In this document: positions 41,465 through 55,296 of the stretch, piece by piece
Layout of the letters: every line of letters starts with the position of its first letter
Position numbering within the stretch: the first letter of the stretch is position 1
NCBI GenBank assembly: GCA_951406725.2
Contig: OX597816.1
Coordinates: 14,570,001 to 14,634,000, forward strand
Reading direction: 5' to 3'
DNA: 64,000 nt
From: Octopus vulgaris
Lineage: Eukaryota
Program-made: the position numbers and the translations under genes
Notes under the pieces: model-generated
What the model saw: the letters and a program-made list of their open reading frames with translations, nothing else
What the model was told of the DNA's origin: nothing
The model's database searches: none

Positions 41465-41800
41465 TTTTGCCTTTCATCCTTTTGGGGTCGATTAAATATG
41501 TACCAGTTATGCACTGGGGGTCGATGTAATCGACTTAATCCGTTTGTCTGTCCTTGTTTGTCCCCTCTATGTTTAGCCCTTTGTGGGTGATAAAGAAATA
41601 AACGTTAGCATGCCGGCCAAAATACTTAGCAGTATTTCGTCTGTCTTTACGTTCTTAGTTCAAATTCCGCCGAGGTCGACTTTGCCTTTCATCCTTTCGG
41701 GGTCGATAAATTAAGTACCAGTTACGTACTGGGGTCGAGCTAATCGACTGGCCCCCTCCCCAAAAATGTCGTGCCCTATGCCTAGAGTAGAAAAGAATAT
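41465..41800 (+). mobile_element. SINE A partial dimer
   Basis: Two central domains in tandem, the second with an alternative tail. Confidence 0.8.
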
Positions 41801-42793
41801 TCGACTTGTTCGTTTTCTAAATACTAAATTGTGAAGATTTCTGATTTCTGAATATAACACACTTGTCTTTTTAAACATAGAAAACAATATTTTCTTCATA
41901 TTCTGTACTTGGTTTAATTCTTTCGATGGAGTAGAGTCCCTGTATATGACACTGTATAGAGTTTAAAGTATTGCAGCATTAAGGTGACTGAGAAACTGCA
42001 ACCAGTTCAACTTAAGTTTCAGTATAGGTGTAAGCACATTCGAACACTTAATAATAACCTACAAGCGCAGCATCCTGTCAAACTTCATTGAAAAATTCGC
42101 CTCTGAATCCTAGCTGTGGGTGTCCCATCTTTATTATGGATTGCCTGTCTTAAAACACTATAGAAATGAATATTTCCTTAACGCAGAAATAAAAATTGGT
42201 CGTAGCAGGAACACGAGTGACACTTATGTTTCTCTAGGCAGAATTAATTTGACAGAAGTCATCCTTCTTCCAGTTAAATTCACAGAAAAGGGCGATATCA
42301 AATTAAAGAAATGGTCATCAATCTTACGGAAGTGAATTGCTGCTTCTACCTTGCGATATCTACTACAGATATGTCGCTTTAACAGAATCTCGTGACTATA
42401 AACACAGGACAACTCCAAGTAAAGGACACAAATACCTGCTCCTTTTGCTAGAAATTCGACGTCTTTTTAACCGCCTATACGCAGTTGCATCCACGTATAT
42501 GAACTCTACTGGAGTTGAAAAATTTGGTGTTAATTGAAACAAATTCATTACAGAAAGACAGTTAATACATAAAGTCTTATATCAACCAGGAAAACAACAG
42601 AATAAACCATATTTTTCTGGAATCTGTTTTTTTTTTTAATGTTTAGTCAAGGACAGAGGGGCAGCGCCTGTGACCCGTTCCAATGTTTTTGAGACTTAGG
42701 GTGGAGAGAGAAAATTATCTACAGGTCGGTAATCTGGTTCGAATAGTTGCAATAATCTGCCAAAGGTACCAAAAAGCTAGATGGGATGATAAA

Positions 42794-42857
<64 letters not shown>

Positions 42858-42865
42858 AATATAAT

Positions 42866-43120
42866 ATGTGACAATTATTCGCTAGCCTTGATAAAACTCC
42901 GAGTTTCGGATGTCGGGCGGAAACCCACGTCACCATCTCTTCAGCTATCCAGCCATCGAAAAAATGCTGAAGAGATGGCGACGTGGGTTTCCGTCCCGAC
43001 ATCCGAAACTCGGAGTTTTATCATGGCTACCGAATAATTGTCACATTTTACAGATAAATTCCTCTATTTACGTAATATCGAGGTCTCTTTCATTCTTTTG
43101 TTGTTTTGCCATTTCTATGA
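42866..43120 (+). mobile_element. Penelope-like end with inverted pair of hammerhead-like motifs
   Basis: Arms at 42866-42945 and 42966-43046; CTGAAGA GATG...CATC C GAAAC TCGGA GTT; adjacent to (TA)n. Confidence 0.62.
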
Positions 43121-43130
43121 ATATATATAT

Positions 43131-43249
43131 GTAGGTCCCGGGTTGAGTCGGGGTTAACCACAGTAAATAAGGTACTCAATACATAGCAGAGTAAATTAAT
43201 TTATTTTATAGAAGGAGCTTCTATAGGACTAGAACTGTTTCATTCAAAA

Positions 43250-43253
<4 letters not shown>
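43131..43253 (-). mobile_element. Truncated second copy of the 18577-18710 Penelope-like end
   Basis: Near-identical reverse complement of about 18588-18710, truncated within the hammerhead stem II and flanked by TA repeats. Confidence 0.75.
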
Positions 43254-43344
<91 letters not shown>

Positions 43345-43722
43345 CTAGCAGTATCGCCCGGCGTTGCTCAGGTTTGTAAGGGAAATAACTATAAAGCATT
43401 TTTAGAGAGTTATAGCCAAAAAATAGCAAAAAAATGGGAAAAAAATGATGGTAAATTTTTTTTGAGAGTTAAAAAAGGTGGAGTTGCGTCCCCTAGACGG
43501 TCTGTGGTTTGGGTTTCTGATTCTCGACCCCATGTCGAATTTATCGATTTTTTTCAGAACTGGGGGAACTTTTCAAAATTTTCGCTGCGTTAGTTTTGAA
43601 TTATGACATTGGGCTATGTGTGTGTCAAGTTTCATCAGAATCGGTTGAAAGCCGTGGTCAGGGTGAGGGTACGAGAAAACAGACACACAGAAAACGCACA
43701 GACAAACTGCCGTTTATATAGA
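43345..43722 (-). mobile_element. Non-autonomous Helitron
   Basis: The minus strand starts TC(TATA) and ends with a hairpin plus GATACTGCTAG|T. It is the reverse complement of 54733-55098 and lies in (TA)n. Confidence 0.78.
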
Positions 43723-43727
43723 GAGAG

Positions 43728-43907
<180 letters not shown>

Positions 43908-44795
43908 CATACATATATATATATGGAAAAAAGACGAGATGATCGTGATTGGAATGTGTTGGATATTAGTTTTCGCAATCAAAATCAACTTAGGGCATAA
44001 AAACTAACAATAACTGATGATCAGCTTTTCGACCTTGGGAATATAAAGGGTAAAGACTATTTCAGTTAGATTTGAACTCAGGTAAAGCCTACTTCACTGA
44101 AATCAGAACGTAAAATGTACGTAATTGAATAAGTAATTAATTGTCTTGTCACCAAGACTGCTCTTGATAACATCTGTCACCAAGACTGCTCTTGATAACA
44201 TAAGCTGTGACAAAGATATCGTAATAAAAGTAATGAATGGATGCTTGAGCTGTTTTATGAAATGCCATCGAAAATTATGCACTATTATTTTTTCAAGATG
44301 AAAGGATGATATGAACTACAAAAGTACAAGCAATAACTGTACAGATACTAGGTCATTAATATGGTAGCTGCTGTGTGAGAGGATACAAATTTGTTGCATA
44401 CTTGTCAACTGTTTTTTTATGTTTTTTCGATTCTGTTGCACGAAATGTTTGCTCTATTTTAACGTACTAATAACATATTAATTATGAAACCCTAAACTTT
44501 GGTAAGATGTTTTCCATTTGCATGTTCTTCTTGTTTGGCAACCAAATTTTCGGTGAATAGCTGAAGAGTTTCGAATGATATCAAATAAGAAAGCAGCAGG
44601 CAGCAAGTGAACAGTGTTCTTGCCTCGCTTTCGATTTTCAGGTGAGGCGAATGAACATATGCCTCACTACAGAATCGTAAACCTTTCTCACCTGCGAACC
44701 GCATTAATGAGTGGACAGTGGGTTGGATTTAACAGAATCGACTACTCCATCCCCCTCAATTGCTGGCCTTGTGCGAAATAATGATACATTATTAT

Positions 44796-44959
44796 AGGCG
44801 CAGGAGTGGCTGTGTGGTAAGTACGTTGCTAACCAATCACATGGTTTCGGGTTCAGTCCCACTGCGTGAGACCTTGGGCAAGTGTCTTCTGCTATAGCCC
44901 CGGGCCGACCAATGCCTTGTGAGTGGATTTGGTAGACGGAAACTGAAAGAAGCCTGTCG

Positions 44960-45020
<61 letters not shown>

Positions 45021-45225
45021 ATGTGTTTGTGTGTCTGTGTTTGTCTCCCTAGCATTGCTTGACAACCGATGCTGGTGTGTTTATGGCCCCGTCACTTAGC
45101 GGTTCGGCAAAAGAGACCGATAGAATAAGTACTGGGCTTACAAAGTATAAGTCCCGGTGTCGATTTGCTCGACTAAAGGCGGTGCTCCAGCATGGCCGCA
45201 GTCAAGTGACTGAAACAAGTAAAAA
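44796..45225 (+). mobile_element. SINE B, full length
   Basis: AGGCGCAGGAGTGGCTGTGTGG (A box) ... GGGTTCAGTCCC (B box) ... tail CAGTCAAGTGACTGAAAC. Confidence 0.9.
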
Positions 45226-46024
45226 AAAAATTTTTTAATTAAGCATTGAAACATTGGGAATGATCCATTTAAATACACCTAATTACACATTTCATCAAAT
45301 CAACGGACAACGCGTGCTAAAACATCATTTTTACTTCATGAAGAATGCCAATTAATTATCAAAAACTCCATTTAATCAAATTCCATTTCAATCAGATCAC
45401 ATTTCGAACACATTAAAAAAACACAAAGAACTGAGTTGCTGGTGTGATATTTGGATGTTTCACTGCGCTTAAAGTATTTTCTTTTGCAATTTTAACGAAT
45501 AACAAAATTTGTTTAAAATTTTAAACATTTTTATTCAAAGAATTCATTAAAAAAATAAACAAAAATGAATTTTCTTTCTTTATTTTTGTAATATTTGTGA
45601 TGTTTTTAAATGGTTGAAACCGCTTTCTTTGGGTTCCATTTCGCATAGAGATCTTTAAATCGCACCAACTACGGTAATTGAATAGTGAAAATTAAGTATG
45701 ATAGAAAAAAAATACGATTACTTAATTTTAATGCAAAACATTCCATTAATTAACGTATAATTGGATGTTGTTTGTTGCTTGAAAGTACCTCAATATTTAA
45801 TGCTACGTTTGTTGATTCAACTAGAAAGATATTTTCCTCTCATTTTTTTTTTCTAAATGGTCTTGAAAATAATTGCTTACACAGTTAAATCTGTCACACA
45901 ATGATGTTATCGTTTCCAAAACATAACTAAGTTAGGATACCTCCCACATGAGTGAATGAACTTTTCTTTCTGAAATATTTCACACATCTTCTGAATTAAA
46001 TTTCAATCTTAATATGATCAAAGA

Positions 46025-46395
46025 AGGTGAGTTGGCAGAATTGCCACCGCGCCGTGCAAAATGCTCAGCGGTATTTCGTCTGCCGTTACGTTCTGAGTTC
46101 AAATTCCGCCGAGGTCGACTTTGCCTTTCATCCTTTCGGGGTCGATAAATTAAGTACCAGTTACGCACTGGTGTTGGTGTAATCGACTTAATCCGTTTGT
46201 CTGTCCTTGTTTGTTCCCTCTGTGTTTAGTCCCCTGTGGGTAGTAAAGAAATAGGCATTTCGTCCGTCTCTACGTTCTGAGTTCAATTTCCGTCGGAGTC
46301 GATAAAATAAGTATCAGTTGAACGCTTGGGACCGATGTAATCAACTACCCCATCCCCCTAAATTGCTGGCCTTGTGGGAAAATCTGAAACGAATA
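46025..46395 (+). mobile_element. SINE A dimer
   Basis: A full unit followed by a partial unit with an alternative tail. Confidence 0.82.
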
Positions 46396-46739
46396 CAGTC
46401 ATGACAGGAGCGCTAGTCTAACTTAATTTGAAAATAACATGATAGGACCCAACCGAGGCACATTTCCCTTCTATACCTTTAGTAGAATCCACTCTGTGGC
46501 ATGTCTCCACGCTTAGCCTTTCCATGGCGTATAAGGGATTGAAGTTACAACCTCCCCACCACTGAACGCGACCTCAGCCCTTTGCACGGTTAACTTTCAA
46601 CATTTTCGGGAACTCATCTACAGCTGAATGGACAGGAATAACTTGAAATGTGTTTTGTTTAAGAATACAACGTACTACACGGTCCCGAAATCGAAACCAG
46701 GATCTTCCATACTTGAGTGCAACACCCTAACTACTAAAC

Positions 46740-46946
46740 CAGCGGTTCCCGACGTTTTTGCACTCGCGACCCCTTACCCAAAGCCTTGAAATCCACGCGA
46801 CCTCCCACTATGAGCAGAGCATGCAAAATGTAATTGATGAGTTGAAATTAAAAGTATCCCAAGCGACTTCTAGCAAGCATACACGAACCCTCTGCCAGGG
46901 CATCGCGACCCCCCAGGGGTCGAGATCTACCGATTGGGAACCCCTG
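46740..46946. mobile_element. hAT-type MITE inserted into a SINE head
   Basis: Ends CAGCGGTTCCCGA / TTGGGAACCCCTG, with 8-bp flanks TACTAAAC (46732) and TACTAGAC (46947). Confidence 0.8.
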
Positions 46947-47599
46947 TACTAGACCATGTGCCTTCAGACAAGTCTTGGTGGCTCTGAAAAATATTATAGT
47001 TGCTGCTGTCTTTTTCCTGAATAAAATGAAAAGTGAATAAAAAACCGCTTTGCGTAGAACCGAGCATACTTGAAACCTCTGGCACGAAAATAAAAAATTA
47101 ATTATATCTCATTTGTACGAGAAAATGAGGACCGCGATATACGGAATGGTTGAGAAATAGACAGACTCAGAGACAGCCACCAAAACAGCCAGCGAGATTA
47201 GAAAGATGAGGGTTGTCTTAAAATAGAGAAAGATAAGAAAATAAGATATCGGGCAAAACACGGTTTAGATCTGTTTCAAATGGAATGTGAGTTGAAGCAG
47301 AAAAAAAAGCGACGTAGAATCTGTGGGAAAAAAATAATGGCAATTTCCAAACCAGGAGGAAGATATAGGTTAGTGCTGCACGTGGTTAATATCATAACAA
47401 CTTCTATAACCAATTTGTTTTTCAAGAGAAAAACAAGGAAAAAAAAACAGAATAAAAACTAAACAAAAATACTGAATAAAGAGGAGCTTATGGAATTTTT
47501 TGTTCGACTGATATGAAGATTTGGCTGTTTTGTCTAACAGAACAAACGACATACTATAGGCTGCTCCTTGGCTGGTTTGCTCTTGTGTGTGTTTCTGTG

Positions 47600-47674
<75 letters not shown>

Positions 47675-48004
47675 TATATATGTATCGTTGCTATTATGTT
47701 AAATTGTCGTATGTCCAAATTTGGACAAATGCGTTTTTTCATTATTTATTTTTGCTTGAAATTGCCGGTTCTTTTGGTCAAACTATCGTATCTCCAGCTG
47801 CTTCAGATGTCAAGATATCGAAAGTTGTCAAAGTGTACTTAAACGGTTTTGCTATGGAATGGAGAAACATTTTTTTTTTCTCTGAAAAAATACAGTGTTT
47901 TGGACTTACGATACTTTTGCATAATAGCGATCATATACATATACATACATACATACATTCATACATACATATATATATTTATATATATATATACATACAC
48001 ACAT

Positions 48005-48038
<34 letters not shown>

Positions 48039-48111
48039 ATACATATATATAAATTAGAGAAAAACCACTATTATGTAATTCAAACTATGATAGACATAAA
48101 ACATATACTCC

Positions 48112-48175
<64 letters not shown>

Positions 48176-48205
48176 GAAATTCTGTGTGAGAGAGAGAGGA
48201 CCCCC

Positions 48206-48248
<43 letters not shown>

Positions 48249-48659
48249 CATATAAATATATACATATGTATATATTCGCATATATTGATATATGTAGATA
48301 GATATAGATATACATATATGTAAACTTACAAACACACACACACATATCAGTCGAAACCGTAATGATTTCCTGTAGAGCAGCTGATTGTGGGATTGTTATC
48401 TTTTTATTTTCACTACACTCACGTATCTATACAATTCCCCTTCCAGTGTGTATTTTCCAGTAGTTTATATTCTCCAGCATATCAATGTTATCTCCAGTCA
48501 TAGTCGCTGTTGTGTTGGGTGCCTTCCTGAGATCAATTCTAGCTTAGAGATGAGCTTGGGCACATGCCACTTTCAATGTCAGAGGTCTCCAAACCGTCGT
48601 CTAACGAATGATTATGACTAGGGTTCCAATATTACTTTTATTATTGTTGTTGTTGAAGT

Positions 48660-48865
48660 CGGTGAGCTGGCAGAATCATTACCGCGCTGGTCGAAATGAT
48701 TAACGGTATATCGCCCGTCACAACGTTTTGATTTCAAATTCTGCCGAGGTCAACTTTACCTTTCATCCTCTCGGAGTCGATAAATTAAGTACCAGTTGAG
48801 TAGAGGGGTCGATATAATCGACTATCCCCCTCCCGCACATTTCGGCCTTATGTCTATAGTAGAAA
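48660..48865 (+). mobile_element. SINE A variant with alternative tail
   Basis: Head and central domain, then CCCCCTCCCGCACATTTCGGCCTTATGTCTATAGTAGAAAGG. Confidence 0.75.
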
Positions 48866-48867
48866 GG

Positions 48868-48912
<45 letters not shown>

Positions 48913-49460
48913 GAGTGAGAGATCACCAAATACCATCAAAGTGACACTGGGGTACAAATATACGAAGCCCAGTATACCCATCATGACTACCCGTCTGATA
49001 AGGGTACACTAGGCAGAAGCATTACAACCATAATTGCGCAAGATGGTGATCTTACATCAAGATAAACAGCACATGACCTTGAAGGTGGAATCCAGTTAGA
49101 ATTTTCTTCAGTTTCGAGTAGCCTATCCCACTCAAAAGGTCCCTGAATAAGGGTCGTTTAAGGATGTTGAACGAACCACCAGAGGTGAATTATTCAAACC
49201 CCAAAGAATCCCTCTCAACACATGGCTATGACGCTCCCCCACTACTTCTGCTCGTGATCAGAGATGCACATATCGTCAGCCACTAAAGGACATGCTTAAC
49301 TAGTTAAAGTCAAACAACTGACAAGCAAATCTGTGGTATTGAGCCGAATATTTGCTGTAGCCCATCTTTTATACCAAGACAAAACAATGTACATGATAAC
49401 ACTTCCAATCAGTTAAGATCAGAAGCCATGAGAGCCACTGCCTGGTACTGCATCAGGACA

Positions 49461-49461
<1 letters not shown>
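48913..49461 (-). mobile_element. Family T element, full length
   Basis: Same ends as 21691-22247, with (ATT)n flanks. Confidence 0.8.
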
Positions 49462-49536
<75 letters not shown>

Positions 49537-49566
49537 CATTATTGTTGTTGTTGTTGTTGTTGATGT

Positions 49567-49598
<32 letters not shown>

Positions 49599-49929
49599 AA
49601 ATGGTGACCTGGTAGAATTATTAATGCATCTGAGTTCAAATCTGCCGATGCCAAATTTGCCTTTCATCCTTTCGGGGTCGATAATGTAAATACCACTCAA
49701 GTACTGGCATAGAGGGTACCGACTTTCCCACTTCCTATATAATTGCTGGCGTTGTACCCAAATTTGAAAGAATTACTATTTTGGCACTTTTTGAATTATC
49801 AGAATAATAAACATACAGCTAGGTAAATAGCATAATTAAAATTTTAGAAAATGCGTTTGCCTTGGGAATTTAAAATTTTTTCCCCAAAAAATAAACACAG
49901 AAGTGATTATTATTTTACAAGTATCCTTA

Positions 49930-50500
49930 CAAGACCTTCGCGATTCCAGTTCATTAATATTTAACTTGGCAAGTCCAATCAAACGTTCTGGTCGCATTGT
50001 TCAAAGATATTCATATTCTTTGCCTGCTTCAACACGTTGAAACTTTCTCTCTCCGGAAGTAACAGATGTTTGTAAATTTATAAAAATTTCTCAATGCAAT
50101 CATAATACTTGGAAATATTCCAACCAATTCCGAACGTTAGAATTCCATGCAGTAATGCCTTTGGCTTACATATCAATTTAAATGTACTGAACATGTTCGT
50201 TGAAGAAATAGAACCGTGTCTTTAACATCTTTCGAGACCTCTTTATGATACTGTTGTCGAAACTGTTTAACTGCTGAAACCAAATTTCCATTGCTTAGAA
50301 CGTGGCATTATCAATAATCGGAAAATATCAAATGCAGTGAATTAAGTCTTTGTTCCATACCACATTAAATAGAACCGATGATAACAAAGAAGACATTTAC
50401 TATGCAATCGTGTTAGACGTTAGACTGAGTAAGTTTTCGGATAACTAGTCGGTAATTTAAATGCAACTCAATGTTCTATAACTAGTTAACATTCTGCTAG
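49930..50500 (-). mobile_element. Decayed hAT transposase C-terminal (dimerisation) remnant
   Basis: Minus peptides IFPSIMIALR...SVTSGER...TMRPERLIGLAKLNIN, with frameshifts. Confidence 0.6.
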
Positions 50501-50525
50501 GTTTGAAGTCCAGCTAATGAATATA

Positions 50526-50756
50526 TATTTCTTTACTACCCACAAGGAGCTAAACATGGAGGGGACAAACAAGGACAGACAAAGGGCTTAAGTCGATTAC
50601 ATCGTCCCCAGTGCGTAACTGGTTTTTAATTTATCGACCCCGAAAGGATGAAAAGCAAAGTCGACCTCGGTGGAATTTGAACTCAGAACGTAACGACAGA
50701 CGAAATACCGCTAAGCATTTCGCCCGGCGTGCTAACGTTTCTGCCAGCTCGCCGCC
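50526..50756 (-). mobile_element. SINE A
   Basis: Full length, with a 14-bp TSD AGMTAATGAATATA. Confidence 0.9.
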
Positions 50757-50934
50757 AGATAATGAATATAATTCATCAAATTGTCATGTTAACTCTCTCA
50801 GCATAAAGTGTACAATCTCATACTTCAATTTCTAGTTTTGGTAGACGAAACATTGTCAATGCCTTTAAACATAAAGATGGCAGTAGAACTGTAAATGTCG
50901 TCAGGCTCCGTTTTTCACGATAAATACATATTTC

Positions 50935-51375
50935 GGATCTTTTCGGTTTGAACGGCAGTTTTTAAAAATAATTTCCACGTAACTAAACACTTTTAAACTT
51001 CGTATACTGGTAGAAAGTGTTTATAAAACATTTTTTTCTCTTGGCTTTATTGAGAAAATTCTATAGTTTGTAAGATATTTGTTGTTGTTTTTTTCTTCAA
51101 TTTCTGCAATTTCAACCAATCAATGACGTCTATTGAGGTGAAAACATTCTGTGCCGTATGAATATGTCCCTCGTTTAAGAAACAGATTGGGTTTATTTAC
51201 ATTTCTGAAAAAAAATAGATACCCTTCCCCCCACCCCTAACCTTAACCCTAACCCTAACTAACCCTAACCCTAAAATAGATTGAAATGCAATACATCGAT
51301 ACTAGGGTCATAATTATGGGTGACAATTTCATATGACACCGCTAGAAAAAACTGCTGTTCAAACCGAAAAGATCC
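50935..51375. mobile_element. MITE with ~29-bp TIRs and internal (CCCTAA)n
   Basis: GGATCTTTTCGGTTTGAACGGCAGTTTTT ... AAAAACTGCTGTTCAAACCGAAAAGATCC; second copy at 62947-63384. Confidence 0.88.
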
Positions 51376-51489
51376 AAGCATTTCTATATCGATTTCAACA
51401 ACAAAGTATCAGTTGATACTCAATAAGACATCTGGGAAGATATAGCGATTACAAACAAATGTATTCGACCGCAGATTAAGAAAGGTCAA

Positions 51490-52040
51490 ACGATTGGTTG
51501 ACGCCATTTATGCACAAACTTCAACTTTGGGCCCTCATACATGCTGTCACCTTTTTTCTGCCTTTTCTAGAGCTACAAACTCTCTCCTCTCTTTCTCTCT
51601 TTCTCTCTGCTCTTTCTATCGCTACAATTGTGGCTTCTTATTTCTTTACTACCCACAAGGGGCTAAACACAGAGGGGACAAACAAGGACAGACACACAGA
51701 TTAAGTGGGTTACATCGACCCCAGTGCGTAACTGGTACTTATTTAATCGACCCCGAAAGAATGAAAAGCAAAGTCGACCTCGGTGGAATTTGAACTCAGA
51801 ACGTAACGGCAGACGAAATACGGCTACGCATTTCGCCCGGCGTGCTAACGGTTCTGCCAGCTCGCCGCCCTACTATTGTGGCTTCTGCTACTCAGAACTG
51901 GCTGGTTTCGTGCCATATCCACTCAGACATTCTAGAATCACTTATCTCTCCTCCTCTGCCCACGCCTCCGTCTCCTCCTATAATCCATTTTATGTCCACC
52001 ACTAGGCCCTACACTAATCAATACACCAAGCACCCCGCCC
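51490..52040 (+). mobile_element. Decayed CR1/Jockey-like LINE ORF2 C-terminus, split by a SINE
   Basis: Removing the SINE and one TSD restores SLCSFYRYYCGFCYSELAGFVPYPLRHSRITYLSS, which matches the typical SLFYRYYxGxCSxEL motif. Confidence 0.6.
51639..51869 (-). mobile_element. SINE A
   Basis: Full length, with a 17-bp TSD CTACWATTGTGGCTTCT. Confidence 0.9.
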
Positions 52041-52179
52041 CGGCCGTCCACCAAGAATAACCTCACTTTACATTGTTCCTTCACTCACCGGGTTGCGACA
52101 ATATCAGTTTTACAAACCTCGGAAGCCTTCAAAAAGCTATGGGCACAGCCCTTTCCTTCAGATCATCCTTTTTTTTTCA

Positions 52180-52401
52180 TCATTTACTTGTTTCAGTCAC
52201 TGGATGGTGGCCATGCGGGGGCACCGCTTTGAAAGGTTTAGTCGGGCAAATCGCCCCCAGGACTTATTCTTTGTAAGCCTAGTACTTATTTTATCGGTCT
52301 CTTTTGCCGAACTGCTAAGTTACGGGGACGTAAACACACCACCATCGGTTGTCAAGCGATGTTGGGGGAACAAACACAGACACACAAACACACACACACA
52401 C

Positions 52402-52473
<72 letters not shown>

Positions 52474-52650
52474 ACATATACATATATACGACGGGATTCT
52501 TTCAGTTTCCGTCTACCAAATCCACTCACAATGCTTTGGTCGGCCCGAGGCTATAGTAGAAGACACTTGCTCAAGATGCCATGCAGTGGGACTGAACCCG
52601 GAACCATGTGGTTGGTAAGCAAGCTACTTACCACACAGCCACTCCTGCGC
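52180..52650 (-). mobile_element. SINE B, full length
   Basis: Reverse-complement match. Confidence 0.9.
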
Positions 52651-53202
52651 ATCTGGTAAAAATTAGTAGCACCCGTATTTCAAAAAGCCAGCTTTGTCAC
52701 ATTCTCTGTCATGCTCAATCTCCCCGAGAATTACGTTAAGGGTACGAGACCCCGTGGAATGTTCAGCCACTTGCGCATTAATCTCACGAGCAGGTTGTTC
52801 GTCGTAACCGACGGTGTGCCAGTAATTTCATAAAAGTACAGTATACTTCTAATTAAATGGTCTTGTTATCCTATCATGTAACGTAATGTTATCAGACACC
52901 AACTTAAAGATGATTAGAAAAAGACTATAAGGGAAGCAGAAAATAGCTGTTGCGTGAATCATTAGGAGTGGTGCTGTCAACGATTAAACGGTAATGAATC
53001 AATCTGCCAAACATTATATAGCTGTCAGGTAAAATTCAACTGAGCGTAACAATTGTAAAGTTATACGCACTCGTAGTAAAGTAACGGAAATTATAAGGGG
53101 CGAATTTTAAGGGTTTAAGGTGGATTATATGTCGCAGCGTTTCTAAGCACTAGCATTTTTTCTAAATCATTAACCAGCGAATAACGTTAAATATATTTAA
53201 TC

Positions 53203-53607
53203 AGGCGCAGGAGTGGCTGTGTGGTAAGTAGCTTGCTAACCAACCGCATGATTCCAGGTTCAGTCCCACTGCGTGGCATCTTGGGCAAGTGTCTTCTGCT
53301 ACAGCCCCGGGCCGACCAATGCCTTGTGAGTGGATTTGGTAGACGGAAACTGAAAGAAGCCTGTCGCATATATGTACATATATATATGTGTGTGTGTGTG
53401 TGATTGTGTGTCTGTGTTTGTTCCCTAGCATTGCTTGACAACCGATGCTGGTGTGTTTACGTCCCCGCCACTAAACGGTTCGGCAAAAAGAGACCGATAG
53501 AATAAGTACTGGGCTTGCAAAGAATAAGTCCCGGGGTCGATTTGCTTGACTAAAAGGCGGTGCTCCATCATGGCCGCAATCAAATGACTGAAACAAGTAA
53601 AAGAGTA
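53203..53607 (+). mobile_element. SINE B, full length
   Basis: Complete head to tail, divergent from the 52180 copy. Confidence 0.9.
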
Positions 53608-53909
53608 GTTGAAACAAGAAGCTGAGGAAGCTGCTTCAATGTTTGTTGATGCTTGTGGAAAGATTGAAAAGCTCAAGAAACGATTCAGTCGCCATAGCTT
53701 TCAGGTAATTTGAGAACCACCGTGTATTGGAATTTTTAGCACAGTTTCGGGGTATTATAAAGAGATAAATATCCACCCAATTTAGTTTTTAATATAGACA
53801 AATAGGGGCTATTTTGGCACCCATTTCCATTTGAAACATCGCTTATAAAATACAAACAACCCATTAATTCACATTTCGCGCGTAATATTGAATACACATA
53901 TATGTATAC

Positions 53910-54147
53910 GTGGAGGCGCGTGGCTTAGTGGTTAGGGTGTTGAACTCATGATCGTAAGGTTGTGGTTTCGATTCCTGGACCGGGTGATGTGTTGTGTTCT
54001 TGAACAAAGCACTCCATCTTACGTTGCTTCAGCTGGCACAAATGAGTAATCTTGCAACGGACCGGCGTCCTGTCCAGGTGGGGAATTTCTACGCCACTGA
54101 AACCGGGAAACCGGCCCTTATGAGCCTGGCATGGCTCGAGAAGGAAC
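53910..54147 (+). mobile_element. SINE with C-type head/core and D-type tail
   Basis: Head like 62120, tail like 39770-39870. Confidence 0.78.
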
Positions 54148-54154
54148 CTACATA

Positions 54155-54227
<73 letters not shown>

Positions 54228-54662
54228 TTGAAACATGTGCGTGTGTGTGCACTTATACTTGTGTGTATGTGAAATCTCGCTTTAACGAAGCTCAATATTG
54301 TAGCAATTTAACAGCAAGAATCACGGAAAGCCCTTAGCAGATATTCAAGATTTATTGCATACTGATAGAGACACACAACTGTGAAGACCATAAGGAGTTT
54401 AGAGAAATGAAAGATTCTACTTGAGATAACAAAGACGAGATTTCACAATGAATTCTCAGAACAGAAATTTTATAGAAAAATCTTCATGAAGTGACCCCAG
54501 CTTTAGAAAGATATTGAAAAAAAGGATTGAAACAAATCATGAAGTTAGAAATATCTAAATATCTGTGACTATAATGTTATAGATATAGCATTCATACATA
54601 ATTGCATTCATGCATATAGACATAGATATATACATACATACATACATACATACATACATACA

Positions 54663-54732
<70 letters not shown>

Positions 54733-54735
<3 letters not shown>

Positions 54736-55098
54736 ATATAAACGGCAGTTTGTCTGTGCGTGTTTCTGTGTGTCTGTTTTCTCGTACCCTCACCCTGACC
54801 ACGGCTTTCAACCGATTCTGATGAAACTTGACACACACATAGCCCAATGTCATAATTCAAAACTAACGCAGCGAAAATTTTGAAAAGTTCCCCCAGTTCT
54901 GAAAAAAATCGATAAACTCGACATGGGGTCGACAATCAGAAACACAAACCACAGACCGTCTAGGGGACGCAACTCCACCTTTTTAACTCTCAAAAAAATT
55001 TACCATAATTTTTTTCCCATTTTTTGGCTATAACTATCTAAAAATGCTTTATAGTTATTTCCCTTACAAACCCGAGTAACGCCGGGCGATACTGCTAG
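54733..55098 (+). mobile_element. Non-autonomous Helitron
   Basis: A|TC start, subterminal hairpin CCCG-AGTAACGC-CGGG, CTAG|T end. Confidence 0.8.
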
Positions 55099-55121
55099 TA
55101 TATATATATATACATACTTAT

Positions 55122-55291
55122 ATACGACGGGTTTCTTTCAGTTTCCGTCTACCAAATTCACTCAAAAGGTTTTGGTCGGCCCGAGGCTATAGTAGAAGAC
55201 ACTTGCTCAAGGTGCCCCACGCAGTGGGACTGAACCCGGAACCATGTGGTTCGTAAGCACGCTACTTACCACACAGTCACTCCTACACCTA
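55122..55291 (-). mobile_element. SINE B 5' half
   Basis: Head and core end at the internal microsatellite, next to a Helitron. Confidence 0.85.
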
Positions 55292-55296
55292 TGAAT

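Noticed and set aside
41880-42330. Possible Helitron helicase remnant (VGCPI-like motif)
   Set aside because: Too decayed to support without a profile search.
44147-44201. 27-bp tandem duplication as a CRISPR-like or regulatory array
   Set aside because: Only two units with no spacer; an ordinary local duplication in eukaryotic DNA.
47280-47375. ORF MECELKQKKKRRRICGKK with a donor-like AG|GTTAGT
   Set aside because: Short and A-rich, with a phase incompatible with the downstream exon and no other support.
51228-51275. Telomere or chromosome-fusion relic
   Set aside because: The CCCTAA units are internal to a two-copy MITE.
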